Assembly (NCBI GenBank): GCA_028826165.1
Contig: JAPDFW010000125.1
Coordinates: 806,001-870,000 of the forward strand
Direction: 5' to 3'
DNA length: 64,000 nucleotides
From: Anaeramoeba ignava BMAN
Lineage: Eukaryota > Protista > Anaeramoebae
The notes under the pieces are model-generated. The model saw only the letters and a list, made by a program, of their open reading frames with translations. It ran no database searches and had not been told where the DNA came from. The position numbers were made by a program, and so were the translations under genes. Below, in pieces: positions 12,394 through 22,909 of this stretch; the stretch's first letter is position 1; each line of letters opens with the position of its first letter.

Positions 12394-15300
12394 ATGAATC
12401 CAAAAAATCAAATACAAACAAACACAGAAAAAAACAATCAATACAAAGAATTAAATTTAAAACAAGAAGAAACAATAAACCAAACATATCAAACTTATTA
12501 TCCACAAGAAAATACAAATGAAAAAATAACACAAAATTTACCAGTTCAAGAAAATATAAAACAAATAAATGGGAATTATAATAATAATATTAATAATATT
12601 AATAATAATCAATATCAAGAAAATTCATGGAGTCATAAAGAAAATGTTTATTCAAAAAAGTTTTGGAAAAAAAAGCATTTTGGAATGGAAAGACAAAATC
12701 AAAATCAAAATCAAAATCAAAATCAAAATCAAAATCAAAATCAAAATCAAAGACAAATTCAAATTCAAAATCAAAATTATCAATATAATATTAATAATCA
12801 AAATAATCCAAGAAATTTCAATCAAGAATATTTTAATCCAAATATTGATAATCAAAATATCGAAAACCAAAATATTGAAAATCCAAATATTGAAAATCCA
12901 AATATTGATAACCAAAATATTGAAGAACATTATATTTTTGCAAATAATGAAATTCCAGAAAATTCTAATATAAATCAATATCCAAATGAAAGAAATCAAA
13001 TGGAACCATATTCATATCAACAACAAATACATAATCAAGAATATATACATTCTGTTTCACCTTCACAAATAGAAATGAGACAAAATCAAGTTGAAATTAA
13101 CCCACAAAACCAAATGGAAATGATTCAACAAAATCCACAAATTTATCGACCAGATGATCCGCCATATATTCATCATCATCAACAAGAAGAAGAACATAAC
13201 TTCCAACAATATAATAATGATTCTTTAATCACTCACCAATCACCTAAAAGTATAAGGAAAAGAAGAATGGAATTCCAAGACTTCCCTCAACAACATGATC
13301 TTCAATTACCTTCTTATGAAGAAAATCCAATGCTCAAAAACATAAATGAAGAAGTTATTGATGATAGAAAAAGTAATGATGACAATTCATCTTTATCAAA
13401 TGAAAATGAAAATGAAAATGAAAATGATTCAAATGATAATAATTCAAATGAAGATGATTCAAATGATAACGAGTCAAATGATAATGATTCAAATGATAAT
13501 GAATCAAATGAAAATGAATCAAATGAATCAAACGAAGAATCAAACAATGAAGATGATTTAAGTGATCATGAACATGAACATGAACATGAACGTCATAGAC
13601 ATCGCAATCGAAATCAAAACAGAAATTACAACAGAAATCACGATAGAAGTCATGAAGATGAAGATGATAATATTGAACATAAACATGCAAATGAAAATTT
13701 GAATGAAAATCATCCAAATTCAAAACGATATGATAAATTCCGTGATTTTCATAATTATTCAAGATTTCGTTATAGAGATTCTGATCGATACGATAGAGGC
13801 AGAAGATATCATCACGAAAAATCATATCAAGGAGGAAGATTTAACAGATATAACAATTACAACCGTTACAATAGATATCCCACATCAGATCGTTATGTTA
13901 AGCATGATAGATATTATAATACTCCAAGAAAATACGAAGAATATCCTCGTTATAAAAGAATTACTGAAGAGAAACAGCAAGTCAATGAAGAAATTGAACA
14001 AGAATTTTTATCCAAAAGAAGTAAAACAGATTCCAAAAAATCTGCTGAAGCTGCAAAAAATTTTTTTAAAGAACATAAAAACGAAGCTTGGTTTAAAGAA
14101 AAATACTCGCCAATAGAAATTGGAAAAAGAATTCAACGCAAAAAAATAAACGCGTTAAAAAATTTGAAAATTTTCAGTGAAGAATTAAAAAACGGAAATT
14201 ACAATGATGTTTCTCACGAATTGCAATTAAGCCAAGAAGAAATAGATCGATCAATATTAGACAAAGAGGGGCGACCAGAACTTATTGAATTGCAAAAAGG
14301 AGAACATCGAGTGTTTGCAAGTAATATTCATCCCAACTGTTCAAGAGAGGAATTATTCGATGTTTTTGGACATATTGGAGGATTAACAAATCTTGTAATT
14401 TCAGAACCTCAATTAACCAGAAAATTGGTTCGTTTTGCTTGGGTTGACTATGAAAATGAAGAAAAGAAACAAGAGGCTTTACAAGTTCTTAGAAATTACA
14501 AAATGAAGGATTTCGAATTGAGAGTAAATTCTCATCGTCCAAGTTCAAGAAAAAGAAATATTACTCCTCCTCAACTTTCTTTACTTTCAAGAATCAAACA
14601 CGATATTAAGCAAATTATTCAAGTTATGAAGCATCTTGATTCTGAAAAGGAAATCTCTCAAGATGACAATCCTTTATATAATTATATATTTGCAAAATTT
14701 GAACAAATTCACATGATTTTATTCAATTCAGAAAAAAATCAAAATCAAAATCCAAAAAATTTATTCAAAAATATTAATCCAAAAGATATTCGAAATGTTA
14801 TTAGAATTATTAATTCTTTTAATTTTAATGATGAAAAAAAAGAAGATCTTGTTTATCATTTATTTTCTCATATTTTGGATATTCAAATTCTTTATTTAAG
14901 AAAAGTTCATGCTTTTTGTTATTATTCATGTAAAGATTTTGAAGATGAAGCTGAACTTGAATCTCGAGTAGGAATTTTCCATCGAGCACCAAAAGTTTTA
15001 TTACAAAAATTGAAAACAGATGAATCATTAAATCAAAGTAAAAAAAATCAATTTATAAAAAGATTATAAAAAAAAAATATTAATTTTAAAATTTAAAAAA
15101 ATTTTTTTTTAGATAATTTTAATTTATCAAATCAACTCACTTATAAAATACCTCAACCTGATATTATTGATGAAGATGGAATTGAAGAAGGTGAAATCAA
15201 ATCAAGTCCTTCTAATTCTATTAAAAAAAAAGATCGAAAAGATTTTAAAAATATTGAAGAAAATAGTGATAATGAATCAGAAGATTCAAGTGATTTAGAA

Positions 15301-16056
15301 AAAAAATCACATAAAAAAATTAATAAAAATGAATTTGGAATTGATGAAGAAGAAAAAGAAAAAGAAAATTATAATGAAAATTACATTCGAAGTTATTATG
15401 AAAATTACATTCAAAATCAAAATGAAAATCCAAATGAAAATTCAAATGAAAATATAAATCAAAATATAAATCAAAATATAAATCAAAATTCAAATCAAAA
15501 TATAAATTTAAATTTAAATTTCAATTTAAATCCTCCAAAATTTACTGAATGGGAAGAACAATTAGATAAACAATTAAGAGAAAGAATTCAACAAAAAATT
15601 GATGAAGATCAATTTACAGCAAAAAAACAAATTTCTCATCAAGAAAAAAAATTTTTTCGAAGATATATTCTTGAGCTCAATGATGATAGATATTGTTGTA
15701 GAAGTTGCGAAAAACAATTTGTTGGAGTTGATTTTGTTAAGAAACATATTGCATTTAAACATCCTGATTTAATAAAATCAAAAGTGATTGAAAGAGCAGA
15801 AGAAAAACAATTTTTCTTGAATTATTTTAATGATGAAAATAAAATTACTGCTAATGATCTTGAAAATGCTATTGATTGGGCTAATAAAACTAAAAGACAA
15901 CAAATTGAAAAACAACAAGAACAATTTTTCCTTCAAACAGCTTTTTTACAAAATTTCCCTCCTTTTCATCCTGATAGAGAAATTCAATCTTATAAAGATT
16001 TAGATGCTCCAAATCAAACAGATTCAGAAAATTTATATAATTCATTTCAAAATTAA
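12394..16056 (+). CDS. SRRT: SERRATE/Ars2 RNA effector homolog (2 exons)
   Basis: Exons 12394-15037 and 15113-16056 (phase-1 intron). Motifs FFKEHKNEAWFKEKYSP, RRM (RFAWVDY), YLRKVHAFCYY, C2H2 finger CCRSCEKQFVGVDFVKKHIAFKH, terminal SYKDLDAP. Confidence 0.9.
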
Positions 16057-16139
16057 AAAAAAACAAAAATAAAAACAAAAAATTTAAATAAAAAAAATAA
16101 ATAAAAACAATTTTAATTTTTAAAATAAAAATAAATTAA

Positions 16140-16211
16140 TTGGTCACTTGGGAATCGAACCCAAATTTCTCGCGTGTGAAGCGAATGTACTAACCATTAT
16201 ACGAGTGACCA
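16140..16211 (-). tRNA. tRNA-Val(CAC)
   Basis: Folds as TGGTCAC-TC-GTAT/AATGGTTA/GTAC-A-TTCGC/TTCACAC/GCGAG-AAAT-TTGGG/TTCGATT/CCCAA-GTGACCA-A; T-runs follow downstream. Confidence 0.9.
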
Positions 16212-16326
16212 TTTATTTTAATTTAATTTTAATTTTTATTTCAATTTAAATAATTCAAATTTTTTTTTTAAAATTTACTTCTTTTATATTAAAATTTTTA
16301 TTTTATTTTTTTATTTATTTTTTTAA

Positions 16327-16905
16327 TTAATTTTCAAATTCAAATCCAATTGAATCAAAAAGAAAAAAATCAAAAGAAGAAATTTTACAACAAATTTCAA
16401 TATAAGAAATTAATTGTGAAAAAACTTCTTGATCTAAAATTAAATTTTGATTTAAATTTTCTTTTAAACCGTTAATATGAAATAAAGGAATTCTAAAATA
16501 ATTTGTTATTCTAATTAATTCTTCTATTTGAAATGCTTTTGAAACTTGATTTTTTGTTTGTATTAAAACTACACTTGATTTACCAATAAATTCTTTAATA
16601 TTTAAAGTTAATAAATGTTGTAAAAATAATTCAAAACTTGATGAATCTGATATTTCAATTAAAAATATTAAAAAATCTTCATTTAATTCTTGTAATTCTT
16701 CTGTTATTTCTTTTGCAAATATTGGAATTATTTGAAATTTTTTTGTTTTGGAAACTAATTGATATCCAAATTCAAATTTTAATTCCTTGTTTGTTCCTGT
16801 TATCTATTTATTAAATTAATTCATTTTTTTTGTTTTAATTTTGATTTTAATTGATTTTATTTTCTTTATTTTTTTTACTAATATTTTTTTGTTTTCTTCA
16901 TTCAT
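16327..16905 (-). CDS. CENPM: CENP-M-like pseudo-GTPase (167 aa, 2 exons; not in ORF track)
   Basis: Exon 16905-16879 (MNEENKKIL) plus exon 16803-16327, open throughout. KILITGTNKEL, EDFLIFLIEISDSSSF, EFIGKSSVVL, YFRIPLFHIN and LISYIEICC align by eye and in order with CENP-M blocks. Confidence 0.6.
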
Positions 16906-16946
16906 TTTCTTTTTTTAAATTTATAAAAAAATGAAAAATGATTTTA

Positions 16947-18587
16947 TAAAATTATTTATTTAGATTATTTTAAATAAATTTATTAATTAATTATTAAATT
17001 AATATTATTTAATTTTATTTATATTTATTTATTAAAATATTTTTATTTTTTAATTTAATATTTAATAATAAAAATTAATATAAATTTATTAAATTTAATA
17101 TAAAATTATTTATTTAGATTATTTTAAATAAATTTATTAATTAATTATTAAATTAATATTATTTAATTTAATTTATATTTATTTATTAAAATATTTTTAC
17201 TTTTTTAATTTAATATTTAATAATTAAAATTAATATAAATTTATTAAATTTAATATAAAATTATTTATTTAGATTATTTTAAATAAATTTATTAATTAAT
17301 TATTAAATTAATATTATTTAATTTTATTTATATTTATTTATTAAAATATTTTTACTTTTATTAATTAAATATTTAATAATAAAAATTAATATAAATTTAT
17401 TAAATTTAAATTAATATTATTTATTTAGATTATTTTAAATAAATTTATTAATTAATTATTAAATTAATATTATTTAATTATTATTTATATTTATTTATTA
17501 AAATATTTTTATTTTTTAATTAAATATTTAATAATCAAAAATTAATATAAATTTATTAAATTTAATTTATATTTGTTTATTTAGATTATTTTAAATAAAT
17601 TTATTAATTAATTATTAAATTAATATTATTTAATTTTATTTATATTTATTTATTAAAATATTTTTATTTTTAATTTTAATATTTAATAATAAAAATTAAT
17701 ATAAATTTATTTAAATTTAATTTAAAATTATTTATTTAGATTATTTTTAAATAAAATTTATTAATTAATTATTAAATTAATATTTTATTTAATTTTTTAA
17801 TTATTTATTTATTTATTTATTTAAAAATATTTTTATTTTTAATTTTTAATATTTAATAATAAAAATTAATATTAAATTTATTAAATTTAAATTAATATTT
17901 ATTTATTTAGATTATTTTAAATAAATTTATTAATTAATTATTAAATTAATATTATTTAATATTATTTATATTTTTATTTATTAAAAATTAATTTTTAATT
18001 TAATATTTAATTTTAATCAAAATTAATATAAATTTATTAAATTTTAATTTAGATTTGTTTTTTTTTATATGATTTATTTTGAATAAATTTATTAATTAAT
18101 TATTAAATTAATTATTTAATATTATTTATATTTTTATTTAATTTTAAATTAAAATATTTTTATTTATTAATTAAATATTTAATAATAAAAATTAATATAA
18201 ATTTATTAAATTTAAATTAATATTATTTATTTAGATTATTTTAAATAAATTTATTAATTAATTATTAAATTAATATTATTTAATATTATATTTATTTATT
18301 AAAATATTTTTATTTTTAATTAAATATTTAATAATTAAAATTAATATAAATTTATTAAATTTAATTTATATTTATTTATTTAGATTATTTTAAATAAATT
18401 TATTAATTAATTATTAAATTAATATTATTTAATTTTATTTATATTTATTTATTAAAATATTTTTACTTTTTAATTTAATATTTAATAATTAAAATTAATA
18501 TAAATTTATTAAATTTAATATAAAATTATTTATTTAGATTATTTTAAATAATTTTATTAATAATTATTAAATTAATATTATTTAATT
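16947..18587. repeat. Tandem array, ~155-bp unit, ~10 copies (same family as 22337-22830)
   Basis: Marker TAGATTATTTT at 16961, 17115, 17270, 17426, 17582 and onward. Confidence 0.9.
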
Positions 18588-18670
18588 CATTCCAATTAAA
18601 AAACTAAATTTCAATTTGAATTTGTTTATTGAGAAAAGAACAAAAAAAAAAGAATTGAAACTATTTTCTG

Positions 18671-21600
18671 TTACTTTTCAATTAAAACTTTTTCACAGAA
18701 CGCATAATCAAAAGGATTTATTTGGTTTAAATGTTGACCATTAACCAAAATAACTGGATCTTGAGAATATTGAGAAGATTTGAGAAAATTTGATGTGGAA
18801 GTAATATAAACATAATATTGATTTGGTGGAAGAATATATGAGTTTTTCCTTATTTCTTGTTTTTCTTCTTTTGGAGAGATTTCTTCTTTTTTTTTCTTTT
18901 GATTTTGTTTGGATAATCTTTCGATAAATTGGGAAGTATTTTCATCTAATTTTATCCCAGATAATTTTGAATAATATTCTAAAATTGATGTTTTTTTTTG
19001 TTTAGTTGGTTTGAAATCTCTTTTGAATAAACTATCTACTTTTTTATCGTGATGAGCATAATCTAATATTGAAACCTGAAAATAAAAGAGTTCTTTTTCT
19101 TGATTCTCATTTTTAGATAAACAAACGAAATCAACAACAGAATGACCTTTATAACAAACAATCAAATCTCCTATTGAAATATCTTCTAATGATTTTTGTT
19201 GATCTTGATAAACAATTCTTTTTATCGAAATTTGGAATGTTTCAGGATTTTCTTGTTTCTTTCCTTTCAGATTTCGATTTGATAAAGTTAATTTCTGTTT
19301 TGAAGTACTAGAAAAATTTTGAAATCCATTCAAAACAAATAATTCTAATGCCTTCCATTTTATATCATAACTACATAGAAAATTAACCGAATTGACTCCA
19401 TCATTTCGAAAAATTTCTAGAATTGCAGATGTTACCCATGAACAAATGGGAACAACTTGCTTTTCGATTGGCTGAGAAGGTTGTTTTTGATTCAATTTAC
19501 GATCATTTTCATTCTCTTTTTGTTGAAAATTCGAATTCCTTGAGGAAAATTGTGTTTCAAATAAACCTGATAATTCCCAAAATTCAGGTAAAGAAGTAAT
19601 ATTTTCATTTAGGCAAATAAGAGTTGGAAGTTGGATATCTTGTTTGATTGTTTCAGGATTTTTGATTTCTTTGATTTTCTGCAAAACATACCTAACTCTT
19701 TTTTTATAATGATCAATGCAATCTATTCCACAATTTAGTAAAAAAGTGGATTCATCAAAAGATTCGTTTTTCGAGGTTCGATATCTTCGTGACACCATAT
19801 ATAATACTCTTGGGACTGCGTTTGTAAACTGTTGCCAATAATCTCTTGTTAGATATTGTGGGATTGTTCCTTCTTTTCTTTTCCATTCGAAAATTGATTC
19901 AAATTCTGATTCAGTAAACCTTTTTGTTTTCACTCCAAATTCTTGGAAATCAATATATGGAATCTTGTCCTGATCAAAACTTGAACTCACAGCTGTTATC
20001 ATCAATCCATTTCTGATATTTCTTAAATCTTTGAAAATATTTAAAATGTGTTTTGGATCTGGAAATTTTTCTCGATAAAGAATATTGTATTCATCAATTG
20101 CAATCATAAATTTAAATTCTTCAACATTTAATTCAAAGAGATTCTCAAAAAAGTTTTTGCAATTCTTAATCATTTGTCTTTTATCCTTTGACTTGGGTTT
20201 TTTTTTATTCCATAATTGTTCATCATAATCAAAATTACATTTTTCAAATAATTTGATTCCATATCTCGCAAAAAGATATGTCATTATTTGTTTGGAAACA
20301 ACATGACTTTCCAATCTCGATAACCGAAGCAAATCATTCAAATAAAGAACAACCCATTTTTGATTTTGATTTTGATTTTTTTGTTTGTGAATTGTATTAT
20401 CTTCAATTTGTATATTAAGAGAGGAATCTTTTTTTTTTCTTGAATTGTTTTTCAAAGAATTTGAATTGGTCGATTTTGCGAAAAGATGCTATCTTTCTAA
20501 ATTTGAGAGTTATTGATAATATATGAAATAATTTCCTTTGTTATCGATTATTTTTCTGATAAAAACAAAGAAGAGATTTTTTGACTAAAAATGAAATAAC
20601 CAAATTCAAAATTTTTTATTGTTTTTTTCATTCTTTATTAAAATTTTCTTTTTCTTTTTCTTCATATTTTGAATCGATTTTGTCAATTTGAATCAATAAT
20701 TTCTTTTCTCATCTAATCTCTCAATTCAATTCAATTTCTCTTCTTGATTCTTTCTCTTCTTTGACAAATGATTTTGGATTTTTTATTCTAACAAATGAAT
20801 TAAGAGAATATAATAATCTTTTCATTAGATTTTGAAAATAAATTGTCTCTTCAGATTATTCTTTCTTCATTGTATGAAAGGATCTTTGTTTTTAATTTCA
20901 TTACAATGACAAAATATTTCAAAAAGTTATCAACAATTCTTTATTGATTTCTTTTAGATGTCAATTACATACAATGGAAATTTTCTTGTTCATTTTTTAT
21001 TTGAGTATTTTAGACATCTTCTCCCATTTGCTTAGTGAAAAGAATATCTTTTTCAACAATAAAATATAATTTGAAACTTTTTGCATAGAGTGATTTTACT
21101 AAGCAAATGGGAGAACATATAAATTTTAATAGTTTTGAAAAAGAACTCCTTATATCTCAACTATAAATTAATTTGATTCAAATTTAAAAACAAAAAACAA
21201 ATATAAAACTTATTGACAATAAAATGGTTATTTCAGAATTGCAAGAAGTTATTCAAATAAAAGAAAAAAAAAGCAAAATAAATTTGAGAAGTTTTATTTT
21301 TGTTATCAATATTATAAACTTTCTCGACCCCTTTCTTCTCAACAATAAACAAAAGAAATGGCTTGAAAAGATGTGTTATTAAAGAAAATGATTTTTGGCC
21401 AATTTTTCGATCATCTATTCGCAAAATCGACCATTGGTTTTTTCTTGGATTGTTAAATTTTCAAAATTTAAATCATTTTCATTAGTTAATCTTAAATTTG
21501 AATTTAAATTTTCTTTATTGGATTCTTTCTTTTTCTGGATATTCCAAGGCTTTTAATTTGATTTTAAATGAATTTTCAATTCCAAATTATTTTATAAGAA

Positions 21601-22157
21601 CAAAAACAAGAATATAAATATAAATATAAATTTAAATATAAATATAAATATTAATATAAATAGAAATATAAATATAAATATAAATATAAATATAAATATC
21701 AATATAAATATAAATATCAATATAAATATAAATATAAATATAAATATAAATATAAATATAAATCTAAATATCAATATCAATATCAATATCAATATCAATA
21801 TAAATATATAGAAGTTTTTACATGAAAAGAAGAGAAATAGCAAGCTAAATGAAAAAGTGTGTAAGATTTTCCTGTTCCATTTCCTCCATACAAAACGAGA
21901 TTTTTTTTTCTTGAACCTTCTTGTATTTCATTCATTAAAGATTGTGTTTGTTTTCTTATCAAAATTGGTGATAAATTTTCATGCTTTTGGTTTATAATTT
22001 CAATTGGAGAATCAAGAAAAATATTATAAGGAATCCCACTAATTTTATTACAATGTTTTGATTTTGAATGTTCTTCAATTCTAATTTTTGAAAGTTCATT
22101 TTGAATTTCTATAGTCGTTAAAATTGTTTGATTTTGTTGATCAAATTTTTTTGACAT
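18671..22157 (-). CDS. Crinkler/RHS-type P-loop NTPase + restriction-endonuclease-fold protein, interrupted by a TIR element
   Basis: Exon 1 (22157-21822) carries Walker [11 protein letters not shown]. Exon 2 starts at 21549 and, with 20468-21432 plus one TSD removed, reads in frame into the 594-aa ORF. That ORF has Walker [17 protein letters not shown], and nuclease-like KALELFV...VVDFVCL...LFYFQVS. Confidence 0.7.
20468..21432. mobile_element. Non-autonomous DNA transposon (MITE-like), 965 bp, 21-bp TIRs, 3-bp ATT TSD
   Basis: Left end GGTCGATTTTGCGAAAAGATG; right end reverse complement GGTCGATTTTGCGAATAGATG (20/21). ATT at 20465-20467 and 21433-21435. Removal restores the host reading frame. 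No intact ORF inside. Confidence 0.85.
21019..21115. repeat. Internal 22-bp inverted repeat (hairpin or nested mini-element)
   Basis: TTCTCCCATTTGCTTAGTGAAA (21019-21040) pairs with TTTTACTAAGCAAATGGGAGAA (21094-21115), 21/22 match. Confidence 0.85.
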
Positions 22158-22336
22158 AAATTAAAATTTGATGAAAAAAAAAAGAAGAAGAAAAATGGAA
22201 ATCAAAAAAATAAAATTTTGTTTAAAATCTCTTTAACAACGGTTAGTTGACTTTGATTTTTTTCTTTTTTTTTTGAAAAACAAATTGAAATTGAAGAACA
22301 AGAAAAAAAGACAGAATTTTAAAAATATAAATATAC

Positions 22337-22830
22337 AATTATTTATTTAGATTATTTTAAATAAATTTATTAATTAATTATTAAATTAATATTATTTAAT
22401 TTTATTTATATTTATTTATTAAAATATTTTTATTTTTTAATTTAATATTTAATAATTAAAATTAATATAAATTTATTAAATTTAATTTAATATTATTTAT
22501 TTAGATTATTTTAAATAAATTTATTAATTAATTATTAAATTAATATTATTTAATTTTATTTATATTTATTTATTAAAATATTTTTATTTTTTAATTAAAT
22601 ATTTAATAATTAAAATTAATATAAATTTATTAAATTTAATTTAGATTTATTTATTTAGATTATTTTAAATAAATTTATTAATTAATTATTAAATTAATAT
22701 TATTTAATTTAATTTATATTTATTTATTAAAATATTTTTATTTTTTAATTAAATATTTAATAATAAAAATTAATATAAATTTATTAAATTTAATTTAAAT
22801 TTGTTTATTTAGATTATTTTAAATAAATTT
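22337..22830. repeat. Tandem array, 154-bp unit, ~3 copies (same family and orientation as 16947-18587)
   Basis: Marker TAGATTATTTT at 22348, 22502, 22656, 22810. Confidence 0.9.
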
Positions 22831-22909
22831 AATAATAAAATTTAATTTAAAATTATTTTTCCGAATTTATTTGAAATTCATTTTTTCTTTCTTTTTTTGG
22901 TTTTTTAAA

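Noticed and set aside
16327-18587. Functional link between the CENP-M-like gene and the neighbouring satellite
   Set aside because: Similar arrays flank unrelated genes in this window; adjacency carries no evidence.
20580-21017. Transposase ORF inside the TIR element
   Set aside because: The minus strand looks like decayed coding sequence but has many stops and no recognisable DDE motif.
20468-21432. Element acting as a clean introner spliced from its own ends
   Set aside because: The GT at the element start is phase 1 while the only stop-free acceptor is phase 0. Rescue needs the upstream exon-1 donor instead.
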